Of a DNA stretch of 64,000 nucleotides, positions 1 to 13,197 are shown piece by piece. Under the pieces are notes generated by a model. That model searched no databases, was not told the DNA's origin, and saw nothing but the letters and a program-made list of their open reading frames with translations. Position 1 is the first letter of the stretch. Every line of letters starts with the position of its first letter. Both the position numbers and the translations under genes were made by a program. Location of the stretch: positions 14,322,001 through 14,386,000 of the forward strand of contig NW_027361765.1 in assembly GCF_039654945.1 (NCBI RefSeq). The letters are read 5' to 3'. This DNA is from Dendrobates tinctorius (lineage: Eukaryota).

Positions 1-109
1 TGCTTGTGTATTTAACCCAAAATCCCAATGGCAGCAAACATACTATCTTATAGTGGTCAGAAAATTACCCAAACCACCAACTGGCATTAGCCATAGGAAA
101 ACTCCAATA

Positions 110-1040
110 TTTGTACCCATGCGAGAAGAAGGAGTCTATATCCTCAGATAAAATCACATAATTATTTTATTATTCATTAAATCACAAATTTGCATTGACA
201 CAGTAATACAATAGTAATATGGCTGAGTGTCAGAAGGAGACCTAGGTACAACAAAGAGTGCAGTACTACAGACAGCAGGGAGGAGTAGTATATAAATTGT
301 CAGTGCAAATAAGTTCAAGAGGCCCAAAATTGCAAATTAGCAAAGGTATAGTAATCCCCTAGTGAGGCGTGAATAAGCATAATCCTTAGCTAATCCGTCA
401 TTAGGTCATAATCCCATACTTATTCCTTACCCATGGCTGTCAGGAGCACCACACGCTGCGCCCCAACACACGTTTCACATGGGCTTCTTCCGGGGGCTGT
501 TGCAATTTATATACTACTCCTCCCTGCTGTCTGTAGTACTGCACTCTTTGTTGCACCTAGGTCTCCTTCTGACAATCAGCCATAATACTATTGTATCACT
601 GTAATCCAAACAAAATTCGATCACGAGTAAAGAGCTGCCCTGGTCCACCGCCCCTACGCGCGTTACGCCGTGGCTTCTTTAGGAGGCACTTTGTATTTGA
701 TATTTATAAATATTGTATGAAAATTAACATATAAAAACTAATTGCTAATTTTTGTGCTTCATTATATCGATCTGTGCCCTGTGTTTTTGTAGTACTATGC
801 TCTGATTAGTATTTTAATATGTTTAATAAAATTGAGATTTTAAGCATTAAAAGCTCAGAATTTTCCTTTTCTTAATTGAATGGAATTTTGTTTGGATGAT
901 ATTGTATTCGAGTTGTGCTTCCCAGTTTTAGGGAATTTGTGATCTTATTGTATCACTGTGTCAATGTAAATTTGTGATTTAATGAATAATAATTATGTGA
1001 TTTTATCTGAGGATATAGAATCCTTCTCGCATGTGTACAA
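110..1040. mobile_element. Penelope-like element remnant(s): nested inverted-repeat structure with degenerate hammerhead motifs
   Basis: 197-300 is the reverse complement of ~500-602, and 110-212 of ~946-1040. The right arm is split by an insert (603-945) flanked by a 14-bp direct repeat tattgtatcactgt (589-602, 946-959). Minus-strand HHR-like motifs at 461-496 and 650-687. Confidence 0.55.
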
Positions 1041-1112
1041 GTGCTTGTATATTGTAGAGCCCAGTATGTTGTAGTGCACAGTATGTTATACCCGGCTCAT
1101 TTCTCTGGAGAC

Positions 1113-1366
1113 TAGGGATGAGCGAATACCTTTGTATAAGTGCTTATTCGAATAGTTTTAGCGGTTTTCAAATAGCTGCATCAGAGCCCAACAAACAGAC
1201 TCTCCATGCATTTGTTGTGACTGTCACAAAGCCGCGGCACATGCAGCTGCGGTGCCGAACTGCTGATAACCGGGAGCGCTCCAGGTATCCGGGTTCCCGA
1301 TGCAGCTGTTCGGAAATAGCTAAACCTTCGGATAAGCACTTATCCGAAACTATTCGCTCATCCCTA
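1113..1366. mobile_element. hAT MITE (TAGGGATGAGCGAA TIR)
   Basis: TIRs tagggatgagcgaata / tattcgctcatcccta; perfect 8-bp TSD ctggagac (1105-1112, 1367-1374). Confidence 0.9.
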
Positions 1367-4064
1367 CTGGAGACATATACCTGTAAATTAAGCTGGCTGT
1401 CATCACTGCAGAAGTACCAAATATGTGAACGCTAAATGTAGTTTAGACATACTGTGGGTCTCAGAAGTGAGGGGGGAATTTGGATTGGGGAGTACAGAAT
1501 TTTTGCCCTGACACTTGCGCCCTGACTTCACCAGAGTATATTAGCAGAGCCACGTTGGGCTGGTACAGGACTGTAGCCCATACCCTTGTCAGCCTCTGCA
1601 GTATATGGACTAGGCTCAGCGGAAGGTACCGGACACCGCTGCCACCAGAAGACGGGGCATTGTTCCCCACAAGACCCCTTTGGAAAAGACACTGCGCCAG
1701 CTGTTGCTGGCACCATTGAAGTCTCAGCAGGAGTTACAGTTGGCAGAAGTCCTGACACAAGTGCTTCACAAGAACTGCCGTTATCTGAACCGTTGTTCTT
1801 CTACTACAATATACTTTGCCATCTAAACTGTTGAATCCACCGTTTAATCCTTTACCCCCCCAACATCCTTTTCCATTTATACTGTTCAACCTTTTACCTC
1901 CCTGCGTCGAGTATTCCCATGTTACTAAACTTGTTAACCCTTGCACTGCCTCCTGTCCGTCACTGCATCCCCCGTTTGTGCGATTTCTACATATTTCCCT
2001 TTCTCTTCAGTTTGTTCTCTGCTGATATGTTTGATGCCACTAGCTGGCTTGTGATGATGTATTCTCCTCAAAGAAATGTCAATCAAGTAAAAACAGAACA
2101 GCTCCAACAAATGTGACCCTTTAGTAGACACTTGTAACACATCTACACTAAGTAGCACACATATTTACCTGAGTCTAGCATTATAAATTCGATGTGCAGC
2201 AGTGATACCTAATTTCAATAAAAGCACAACGGCTATCAACAGCTTTGTAAACTATAAATGCATGCCAAATAATTCATAAAGTAAACGTATAGTAAAAAAA
2301 AACAAAACATATGTTCACAATACAGTACATTTACCTGATTACTAGAAAACCAGAAGAAATAAAATGAGTCTGAGCAATCTACATTAGATGCTTTGTTTAT
2401 AAGTAAGTAGGCCATTGTGGAAATTCATTTATGTAATTGCCCCTACAAGTTGTTGAAAAAGTTAAATCCATTATGTCCAGTACGTGTTTATTATTATTTT
2501 CTCTGTGCACAAATTCAAAAAAATGGGAGAAAGTTGAAGCCGCTATTTGGCTGAGCCGCACATGGCAAGGCAAATGGTTAAAAACATAAATATAAAATGA
2601 ATAATACTCCCGCTACAGCCCCTTTTCTTGGTCCTGTGTGCTTCTTGTTTCTCCCTACCTTTGTCGCATGTTTTTCCTTCATCTTTTCACTCTGGGCCCT
2701 GGCTTCCAGCTTGACTAGACCTTGGACGTCACTGTGTGCCATGACGTCATGGCACTACATATTGTAAGGCCACAACATTCTGATATGCAACACCTGAGTG
2801 ATGTTCCTGAATGCAGAGACGTTAGAGGCCTAGTCAGGTCGAAAGCCAAGACCTAGAGTGAAGAGGATAAAGGTAATGCGATAAGACAGGGCAAAGGAAG
2901 AGACAAGATGGAGGGCTGTGGAGGCGGTGGGATACATGAGTGGTGAGGAGTTTTTTTTTAATTTATGTCCTATAGTTATGATGGGGGGGCTGGAAGAACC
3001 CCAAGCATAGTAAGTAACATTCAATCTGCATCAAATAACTTTGCTGCAATTCAAATTTTCCTGTAAAATCCGAGCGAATTAGTGAATTTCAATCTTTACA
3101 GATTTAACCATCCCTCTTTATTACTCTTACTGACAACTCTTTTCAGCTCCAAAATTTTGGAATATGTTCCCACATCCTTTAATCTAGTTAGACATTAGTT
3201 AGGGTTAGGTGGCTTTCCAAGTACAATTTACTGGTATTTACCAAACCTTATACAATATTATGCAATATTGTGCATGAACATGTCTTTCAATGAGGTAAAT
3301 GCATTAACTATTTTATTCATCTTATTCTTATTTTATTCTTTTATTCAAAGAATTTCTCCATTAGAGTTATTTACCGGAGATGTGCATGTGCCATTATTGT
3401 GACAGACGGTGAATTCCTGTGTTGCTTGCTGAGAACTTTCTGCGCATTATGCAGTTTTACAATATGGTGACATTTAAATGTACATTAATCACTTTCATTT
3501 GGTGGCATTTCCTAATCTGTCGTATATTACGGCTGTACTATTTTTAGCTATTGCTAAGGTATTGTCAAGCACAGCAAAAATGGAATAAATGGCCCTTTCC
3601 TCCAGGGAGTAGTAAAAGATTCCTGCAGTAGTACTGAACTGAATTCTATATTTCTTTTTATGTTATGATTTACAGGATATAATACATATAATTGATTTTA
3701 AATCGTTCCCATTTTAACAATGTTTTATTGATGAAAGTTGTCAATTATCTGCTAGTTTTCTGTAGACCACTTGGTTTAGCCATTAAGGCTGTGGATTCCA
3801 AGGAGCAAGTATGGGATAATGGAGTATTGTACTTTTACAATCATGTATTCAGTAATGTATTAACAATGGTGACTTGCAATGTAGTTACTATCGGGCCAAT
3901 GACTCAAAGCAACCTAGTGCTAAATGACCAGGTCCCCTGCTTCCGCATCTCCAAAATGAAGCCATAAATTAACAGGATTTCTATAGAGTCGGCTCATCTG
4001 CAGAGCCCACTGTATACCTGACTGGTACTGGCTATTTTATCCAGCAGACATTTATAACTGGTAA

Positions 4065-4560
4065 GGCCGGTTTCACATTAGCGCTTTTTCAGCGCACGCA
4101 CGGCCGGGGGTAGCTCCGCCCCCGAGCCGGCTCTCTGCCCGGCGTGCCCGCCCCTTGCTTGTAGCGCCGCCTACTAGCGGACAGCGGCGCCTGCGATCGG
4201 CGCACCCTATCTTTAGCATAGGGTGCGCAGATCATGCGCAGGCCGTGCGCTAGTTGCGCTTTGACCTGCGCTGTGCACTTTTGACGGTGCGCCGTGCGCC
4301 AAAATCAAACTTTTCGGATTTTGGCGCGCACGGCGCACCGTCAAAAGTGCGCAGCGCAGGTCAAAGCGCAACTAGCGCACGGCCTGCGCACGATCTGCGC
4401 ACCCTATGCTAAAGATAGGGTGCGCCGATCGCAGGCACCGCTGTCCGCTAGTAGGCGGCGCTACAAGCAAGGGGCGGGCACGCCGGGCAGAGATCCGGCT
4501 CGGGGGCGGAGCTACCCCCGGCCGTGCGTGCGCTGAAAAAGCGCTAATGTGAAACCGGCC
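4065..4560. mobile_element. PIF/Harbinger-type fold-back MITE
   Basis: Near-perfect 496-bp palindrome ggccggtttcacattagcgc...gcgctaatgtgaaaccggcc with TAA on both sides. Confidence 0.85.
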
Positions 4561-5082
4561 TAACTGCTGCGATTGGAACAGATAGAAGCAGTTTAACCTC
4601 TTAGATGCCATGGTGAACAGCAGCCCTGACAGCAATAGATGTGGGCGTGTGCAAGCGTTTTTTTGAGACAGGTCGGACGGACCAAAAATGCAACAGGTTG
4701 CGTCTGGCGCGCCTAGGCGCACACTACAAAAAACGCATGCACATGAAAACACATATGAACGCGTGCATACGCTAGACCATGCGCCCCCATGTTAAAGATG
4801 GGGGTGCAGGACACATGCGCATGGACGCGCATGAAGCGCAGCACTAAAGAACGCTAGTGTGAAACCAGCCTTACTATAACTTATTTACTTAATATTACTA
4901 CTACTTATTGTATCTGCCCATTGATCAAGTAATAGCGAAACGTGTGTCTGGCACAAACTTGGGGTGTTTGTTTGATCCAGTCATACCATGTTTACTGTTT
5001 CTTATTTTTTGTCCCTGTGGGGTCTCTTCTGTGGATACATCAGGACTAGTTCATCCATTATATGCTTATGAAGCATAGTAAT

Positions 5083-5395
5083 TAGTGATGAGCGAGTATA
5101 CTCTCGTTGCTCTGGTTTTCCTGAGCATGCTCGGGTGTCCTTCGAGTATTTTGGCGTGCTCGGAGATTTAGTTTGTGTCAACGCAGGTGCATGATTTGCA
5201 GCTGCTGGACAGGCTGAATACATGTAAGGAATGCCTTTTTGTTAGGGAATCCCCACATGTATTCAGGATGTCTAGCAGCCGCAAGTCATGCAGCTGCTTC
5301 GACACAAAATAAATCTCCGAGCACGCCAAAATACTCGGAGGACTCCCGAGCATCCTCTGGAAAACCCGAGCGATGAGTATACTCGCTCATCACTA
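5083..5395. mobile_element. hAT MITE (TAGTGATGAGCGAG TIR)
   Basis: TIRs tagtgatgagcgagtatactc / gagtatactcgctcatcacta; perfect TSD atagtaat (5075-5082, 5396-5403). Confidence 0.9.
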
Positions 5396-5531
5396 ATAGT
5401 AATATGTCATAGTAAGCTGCACCTTTGTCAAAGTTATTTGAGCACAGAAACATCCAAGGTGCCCAAACTTTTGCATTGGACACATTTCCTTTTTTGCAAT
5501 TTTTAAAATGTAAAAGATGGAAATAAATATA

Positions 5532-6270
5532 CTGTATTTTTCGCTTTATAAGACGCTCCGGATTATAAGATGCACCCCAAATTTTGAGGAGAAAAATAGG
5601 GAAAAATTTTTTTTTTAATAAAATGGTGGTGCTTCTTATAATCCAGCCATCATATTGCTTACTGGGGTTGGTGGCTGTGGTGAAGTGGGGTCCCAGGGTT
5701 GCTGCTGGAAGAGGCAGGAGTGGAACGTTGCTGCTGGCATGAGGGGGTATTTTGATGTTGCCGGGTGTTGCTGTCACTGCGCTCTGTACCTGGTGCTGCC
5801 GCCCGCTCTGTCCCCCGATGCTTGCCGCTGCCATGCTCTGTACCTGGTGCTGCCGCCCGCTCTGTCCTCCGGTGCTGCCGTCGCCGCGCTCTGTCCCCCG
5901 GTACTGCCGAGTGCTGCTGCTGCCACTGCGCTCTCTACCTGGGGCTGCCGGGTGCTGCCGCTGTCAGCACTGAAGATTTCCCGAAATTTCAGTGCCAAGA
6001 TCTCCATCTGCTCATGCGCAGCGACCATTTTCCGGGAAGGACTCCACCGCACAGGCAAACATGGATGGAACAGCAGAGGCCCCCCTCGCAGCATGGGACA
6101 GAGAGCGGTGGTGGTGGCAGCACCCGGCAGCACCGGGGGGACAGAGGGCGGCAGCGGCAAGCACCTGACACCCGCAGCACAGATAAGGTATATCCACATT
6201 GTAAGACGCACCCCTATTTTCCCACCAAATTTGGGGGGAAAAGTGAGTCTTACAAAGCAAAAAATACGAG
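5532..6270. mobile_element. pogo/Tigger-like non-autonomous element with GC-rich internal repeats, nested in a Tc1-type MITE (~5430-6398)
   Basis: Termini ctgtatttttcgctttataagac / gtcttacaaagcaaaaaatacgag flanked by TA. Same family as 52899-53523. Confidence 0.7.
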
Positions 6271-6684
6271 TATACATTTTTTTTTAATAAAATACAAAGG
6301 AATTTTAACTTTAGAAATCATTTTATCTTCAGCTTGCTTAACTATTCCCAATAACAGTAATTTTTACCAGAGGTGCCCAAACTGTTACATGTCACTATAT
6401 GTAGCACTCTTTTTGCATTTTTCAGTCACTTTTTACATACTTGTTTTCTATAACCTCTTGTACTTTATCATATACAGTGGGGAAAAAAAGGATTTAGTCA
6501 GCCACCAATTGTGCAAGTTCTCCCACTTAAAAAGATGAAAGATTCCTGTAATTGACATCATAGGTAGACCACAACTATGAGAGTCAAAATGAGAAAACAA
6601 ATCCAGAAAATCACCTTGTCTGATTTGGCAAGATTTATTTTGCAAATTATGGTGGAAAATAAGGATTTGGTCATTAACAAAAGT

Positions 6685-7700
6685 TCATCTCAATATTTTG
6701 TTATATATCCTTTGCTGGCATTGACAGAGGTCAAAGGTTTTCTTCACAAGGTTGGCACACACTGTTGGTGGTATGTTGGCCCATTGCTCCATGCAGATCT
6801 CCTCTAGAACAGTGATGTTTTGGGCCTGTCGCCGGGCAACACGGACTTTCAGATCCCTCCAAAGGTTTTCCATGGGGTTGAGATCTGGAGACTGGCTAGG
6901 CCACTCAAGGACCTTCATTTGCTTCTTATGAAGCCACTCCTTCATTGCCCTGGTGGTGTGCTTGGGATCATTATCATGCAGAAAGACCCATCCACGTTTT
7001 ATCTTCAATGTACTTGTTGATGGAAGGAGGTTTGCACTCAAAATCTCACGATACATGGCCCCATTCATAGTTTCATGTACACAGATTAGTCGTCCTGGAT
7101 CCTTTGCAGAGAAACAGTCCCAAAGCATGATGTTGCCACTCCAAGCTTCACAGTAGGTATGGTGTTCTTTGGATACAACTCAGCATTCTGTCTCCTCCAA
7201 ACACAACGAGTTTTGTTTCTACCAAACAGTTCTACTTTGGTTTCATCAGACCATTCTTCCAATACTCTTCAGGATATTCCAAATGCTCTCTAGCAAACTT
7301 CAGATGGACATGAACATGTACTGGCTTAAGCAGGGGGACATGTCTGGCACTGCAGGATCTGAATCCCTGGCGGCGTATTGTGTTACTGATGGTAGCCTTT
7401 GTTACAGTGGTCCCAGCTCTATCCACGTCATTCACTAGGTCCCCCAGTGTGGTTCTGGGATTTTTGCTCACCATTCTTGTGATCATTTTGACCCCACAAG
7501 GTGAGAACTTGCATGGAGCCCCAGATCGAGGGAGAATGTCAGTGGTCTTGTATGTCTTCCATTTTCTTATTATTGCTCCCACAGTTGATTCCATCACACC
7601 AATCTGCTTGCCTATTGCAGATTCAGTCTTCTAGCCTGGTGTAGGGCTACAATTTTATTTCTGGTGTCCTTTGACAGCTCTTTGGTTTTCACCTTAGTGG
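6685..7700 (-). pseudogene. Tc1 DD34E transposase, frameshifted
   Basis: ORFs 7232-7597 ([22 protein letters not shown] region) and 6685-7128 ([27 protein letters not shown]). Confidence 0.9.
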
Positions 7701-7783
7701 AGTTTGGACTGTGACTTTTTGAGGTTGTGGAGAGGTGTCTTTTATACTAATAACAAGTTCAAGCAGGTGCCATTACTACAAGT

Positions 7784-9171
7784 TGTAATGGACACAGCAC
7801 CAGAGTCAGATTGTGCACCCACGGAAGTGCAGAGGAAGTCTGAGGACTCCTGCTGTAAGGTGCGGCAGCGGCCATGAGTGCGCCGCTGTTAGGAGTGGCG
7901 GACGGCACTAAAAAAATAAAGTGCCTTCACCCCTCGGGGTCCACCGTGCGGTGGATGAAAAAACCGCTGCTGAGAGAGGCAGAGCACTAATATGCACAGG
8001 GTTCTAACTCACCCAGGTGCAATGAGGCAAGCTCTGTCTCTGTTATATGACACAGAGCTGCAGGAAAATAATACACAATAGTATCGCTGAGCCTGTTAGC
8101 AGCACACGTGCGGTAGCCGGAAACCGGAGTAGTTAAATACAGTCACTACAGCCAAGCGGACTTACCGTGTACACGTGTGCTCAGCGTCACAACTGCGCAT
8201 GCCTGGACAGACTGTCAATATCGCAAGCGCGATGCAGGACGCTAAACTGCTGGAAGGATGGAGCTTGTGCGCGCTGGCGCTAGCGCAGGTGCTGACAGAG
8301 AACCACTCACTCACACAGACGTAATAACCGAGGAAAGTGGTTTCTTAATGAGTCAGTCACCAGACCAAGCATCCATCACCACACACACAGCAGCAGTATA
8401 AAAATACTAGCGCATGGCAGAACGGCCATGCGCACTTTTTATAGCGTATGGGACCTGCCAGAAATCTCCAGAGTCCTGAGCTAAGCCAATGAAATCAGGA
8501 GCAGGACCTGAGCACGTGGCCCCTGAACTCCAATGGGAGCTCGTCCTGTGGGCATGCTCAGAAGCTGGAAAAAAGGACTTAGCCTCTGGAGACACATGTG
8601 TGAACCTAGATTCCCGCATAGGCATCATAGAACCCAGATTCCTAACAGCCGCAGGTTAACAGGACCTGCAACACGTGATAACTGGGGGAGTGGCTGGAGG
8701 TGGAACAAAGCCCCATACTCCAAAGAACAGCGACGGGAGCCAAGATAAGAGTCAAGCAATCCGAGGTCAGATCAGAGGGTAACACAGTAACCAAAGGAGG
8801 AGACAGACAGCGTGGTATAATACAAGCTGGGGTCAGAAGCCAGAGAGGGTAACGCGGTCACCAAGAGCACAAACAAGAGAATAGTCAAGGAACTTTAGCC
8901 AAGGTCAAAACCAGAGATAAGACAGAAGGTACAGAGTCTAAGCGCAGATACAAAACGAGGGACGGGCTGGGTCATACACGGTACAAGCATACAAGAACAG
9001 GCAGTATACACAGGTATCACAAGGGTCAGCTGCTCAGCCGAGAATGGAAGTATCAATGATGACGAATACAGCCCAGTGGCGGGTAAATAAAGCCCTCCAC
9101 AAACCAAAGGGAGGCCATGCAAAATTAACTCTAGAAGGACGGTGAGGGAAATCCCGTCCAGAGCCATGACA
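7784..9171. mobile_element. Solo LTR or LTR-derived insertion within the Tc1
   Basis: TG...CA ends with short inverted termini tgtaatgg / ccatgaca; 5-bp TSD caagt/caggt; Tc1 sequence resumes on both sides. Confidence 0.7.
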
Positions 9172-11094
9172 CAGGTAATGAGTGGAGGACAGAGGAGCCT
9201 CTTAAAGAAGAAGTTACAGGTCTGTGAGAGCCAGAAATCTTGCATGTTTTTAGGTGACCAAATACTTATTTTCCACCATAAATTGCAAAATAAATCTTGC
9301 CAAATCAGACAAGGTGATTTTCTGGATTTGTTTCCTAATTTTGATTCTCATAGTTTTGGTCTACATATGATGTCAGTTACAGGCCTCTCTCATCTTTTTA
9401 AGTGGGAGATTTTGCACAATTGGTGGCTGATTACATACTTTTTTTCCCCACTGTAGATATCTGTATATATTATTAGATTTTTTTATTATTAATTTTGTGA
9501 ATTTTCCATTAATTATTACCATTTTACTCACAGCACTTTTTTGCCTACATTTCTGCCTTTGTCACTGGTGACACTGTATTATTGAAGACTAGCATCTACA
9601 GTATATATTAGGAATGTTCACCGTTTTTAGGGATTTCATGCTTTCCCTATTCTACTGTCATTTATTTATATATTCTCTTTTTCCTGTAACACAATATCAA
9701 CTACTGTACTTTAGAGCCATTTTTAGATATATTTTGATTCATGGGATTATGTATACATAACCAGTCATTTCTTGGTTGATATTTGTAAGACTGACTCCAT
9801 GCATGTTTTAAATGTTTCTATAGGTTAGTAATACATATATATTTCTAAACTATTTATGGTATATGTAGTCTTTCTGTACAAGTTTAACATGTATTTACAT
9901 ACTGCAGGGTATTTGCTCATTGTTTTTAGGCTAGGATTTGCCTGTTAATGGCTGCAGTGTGAATTTGCACCTACACATTGCACCTATGCTAACAGGTATG
10001 TTGGCCCATGGTTTCGGTTTAGCATTAGTTTCTTGCTAATGTTACACTTGGGGTAGGGACTGCTCCCATTCGTACTGTGCACCTACCTTGTCTATTTAGC
10101 TCTCCAAATGTAGGTGCAAAATACAGTCAGGTCCAGGTCTAGCTTTGCTTTTCCCCCTCTCTAGTTTGAAGCCTACTGGCACATTGCGAGTTTAGTCTCT
10201 AGAGCACTGGTGGACACAGATGGAAAATGGCCCCAGAGCAAGAACATTATATAGGCCCTTTGTAATAATATTATTGCTAGTATTATTATTAGTATTATTT
10301 TTTTTATAATAATACATAATTCCTCCTGCTGTGGAGGTGGAAACGGGCCCACTTGCCTCTTTGGCCCCTGTGCGGCTGCACCAATGGTATGTTTGCCCCC
10401 TTTTCTTGAGTTAGGGTCTCTCCTGATTGAGTACACATTGTCGAGTTTACGCTCTTTCCAACAAAATTACGAAGCACACTGTGTTTTTTTACATGCATTA
10501 TTACTACTTATTGTCGGGTAACTATTCATCGCTTTCATTCTAGGTTTTATATGCACCTGCATGTAGTATTCCGAGGCAAGTCTGAATAGATGGCAGATGA
10601 GGAGACATTCGAATCACCCTTTTCACCACACACAACAATAGATCCAGGCAGTTGATCCCATCCAAACTGATAGTAGAAGAATGCAGTAACAATTTTCATC
10701 TCATCACAGATGTACCACTATTTCATTGTTTTCAGCAAATCTAATATTGTTTTATTACAAACACACTGAATTTAACACTATTAGACCACCTGACCAGCTG
10801 TTCTCAGCACTACCAGCAGAACAATGTAAGCAGTTGCAAAGCTGAACACCACCACTTCGTCAACTTTAAGAAAAGGTCATCAGTATCATTGCGGTGGGAC
10901 AACCCTTTAAAATTCGCGTAATAAAGGTTTAAGAGGAATTCACCAAAAATGTAAAAAAAACTCATATATTATAAATCATAAATTAGAGCAGCAGCCACAG
11001 TTTGATAATTGTATATAATTTATATAGACATTGACATTTTATTTACTTGTCTTTTTAGAACAATTGACAGTAGGAATATTTGTAAGGAATTAAT

Positions 11095-11150
11095 TCAATG
11101 ATGACCATCCATATGGCTGCACTTTCTATCATCCCTACTGCAAAAATGGC
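11095..11150 (-). other. Candidate host terminal coding exon ((G)HFCSRDDRKCSHMDGHH*)
   Basis: Strong minus-strand acceptor tttctctcacttttctgtttgttgtgcag. Phase compatible with candidate exon 26131-26205. No homology recognised. Confidence 0.25.
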
Positions 11151-11198
11151 CTGCACAACAAACAGAAAAGTGAGAGAAATGCAAATAAATATATTAAC

Positions 11199-11743
11199 TA
11201 GAGATGAGTGAGCACTAAAATGCTCAGGGGCTCGTTGCTGGAACCAAGAAATTCCTGATACTCGCTTGCTCATTTTGAGTAGTGAGTATAATGGGAGTCA
11301 ATAGGAAAGCCAAGCTTTTTTTCAGGCAGATGGTGCAGAGGTCTGGGGGCAGTGAAAATTTTCAATTGGATGGGAAAACTGCTGGATGGGAGATGGCTAT
11401 GGGATTACAGTGACTCACAGGCAATTACCTGCATGCTTATTGGCTGCATAACAAGTGCCAAAGATACGGGGATAAAAGTCAGTGATAAGCGGTCATAGAG
11501 GGGCGCTTAGGAAGCGCTTCCACCTGATGAAGGAGGATCCTCCGTCGAAACACGTTGTGGTTTAACCCCATCTCTTGTCTGTGTCTCTTTCCTGCGCTCC
11601 TAAGACCGTTTCCATTTTCTCAAAGATACGGGGATGGGATTTGAGTTTTACATCGAGCACTGCCCATTACTTGATGAGCAACAAGCACATCCAAGCACTT
11701 TGATACTTAAAAGAGTATTACCGAGCACGTTCGCTCATCCTTA
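11199..11743. mobile_element. Diverged hAT MITE containing a small hammerhead-bearing insert
   Basis: Termini tagagatgagtgagc / gttcgctcatcctta; TSD not recoverable. Confidence 0.6.
11520..11560 (+). ncRNA. Type I minimal hammerhead ribozyme motif (Penelope/retrozyme type)
   Basis: ccac-CTGATGA-a-ggag.gatc.ctcc-gtc-GAAA-cac-GTT-gtgg: stem I ccac/gtgg, both conserved core boxes, minimal stem III. Confidence 0.65.
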
Positions 11744-12755
11744 TTGTGCACCAAATGTTCATTCTGTGTAAATGTTAAATATACAGTATCTCTGCCCAGT
11801 ACTGTACTGGTTTAGGTAAATTAGCTCTGCATATGTGGTAAATATGATCTCAGCTTATGATCTCTGATTATTCCATCTTTTCATTGACCATGTGTCTCCA
11901 CACACAAAGCTAAATGCTAAAGTCTAGGAACTGGAACTGGTACTTTTATTCTTATTCTTTTCATTATGAAAAATTATTCATTTTAATCAAGTCTCACTGC
12001 TAAAAAAAAATAGCAAGAACACCAACATTGAAGTAGGGAAATTACATTTATGTGCTCTCGAGAAAGAAGTATTATTTTGAATAGATGAGTTAGATCTTAG
12101 TAGGATGTAACTGCAGCTTCATGTAACACGAGGATTAACTTCACGGGTGGTCTGATGGCAGAGAATAGATCATCTTGTGAGAACAGGAAAATAATACTTT
12201 TTTCACAGATTTATATATGTTTAGTTTGAGTACATCTGCCATTCTTTCTTATAACATATTGCAGAAGATTTTTTTTTAAAACAACATCTCCATATGTAGT
12301 GTCTTCAGTGTATATTCTGAAATGTCATGTTATATTCAGTGATATGCTAGTAAACTTATACATTTTGCTCGTAAATAAATGCAGAGCAATAAATATGTTT
12401 TTTTGTAAGCAGCCAAACTAGTTATCTATTAAAGAACAAATAAAGCTCTACCATGCTGTCTGTATTCAGGTCCTGAATATTGCTCCCCTCCTCTGTAAAG
12501 CTTACAATCTAATTCTGATAACCAATTGGAAATTGGTTGTTGCGCTCTTTTCATGTTAATAAAATCTGAGGATCAATTAGGATTTCTGAGGATCAGTTTG
12601 GAAAGCAATCCATCAGAGCTGTTATGGTTCAACTGTGAACATACTGTAAGCCATGAATGTAAGTCAAGAGTGTGGTCAAGCGAAGGCTTCATTCACACAT
12701 CCGTATTTAAAAATGAATGTGAAAAAATGGTACCTGTGTGCTCAGTGTTTCGGAT

Positions 12756-13197
12756 CAGTGTCATCAATGTATGGTCCTTGTGTTCGTTTTCACCGTCAAT
12801 GTCTCATCAGTGTATGGTCCATATGTTCATATTCACCATCAATGTGTCATCAGTGAATGGTCCATATGTTCATATTCACCATCAATGTGTCATCAGTGAA
12901 TGGTCCATATGTTCATTTTCACCATCAATGTGTCATCAGTGTATGGTCCATGTGTTCATTTTCACCATCAAAGTGTCATCAGTGTATGGTCGTTGTGTTC
13001 ATTTTCACAATCTATGTGTCATCAGTGTATGGTCCTTGTGTTTGTTTTCACCGTCAAAGTGTCATCAGTGTATGCTTCAGGTGTTCGTTTTCACCATCAA
13101 TATGTCATCAGAGTATGGTCATCGTGTTCATTGTCCCCATTAATGTGTCATAAGTGTATGGTTCAGGTGTTCATTTTCACCATCAATGTGTGATCAG
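12756..13197. repeat. 43-bp minisatellite, left part (~10 units)
   Basis: Unit tcatcagtgtatggtccttgtgttcattttcaccatcaatgtg; period 43 (e.g. 12847 to 12890). Lies inside a Harbinger-like MITE starting ~12683. Confidence 0.95.

Larger units (their letters stand above)
6475..9453 (-). mobile_element. Tc1-like DNA transposon interrupted by an LTR-like insertion
   Basis: ~190-bp TIRs (cagtggggaaaaaaag...cccactg), TA TSD, minus-strand transposase. Confidence 0.92.

Noticed and set aside
2165-3420. Tiny minus-strand exon candidates (40 nt near 2168-2207, 7 nt near 2335-2341, 42 nt EFTVCHNNGTCTSP near 3375-3416)
   Set aside because: Splice-like motifs are present but too short or weak to distinguish from chance without RNA-seq or homology.
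4915-4955. Further HHR-like motifs here and at ~54722-54760
   Set aside because: Core boxes are too degenerate to call.
5286-6538. Overlapping 170-257 aa ORFs on both strands
   Set aside because: GC-rich repeat interior of a non-autonomous element; open in several frames with no domain signal.
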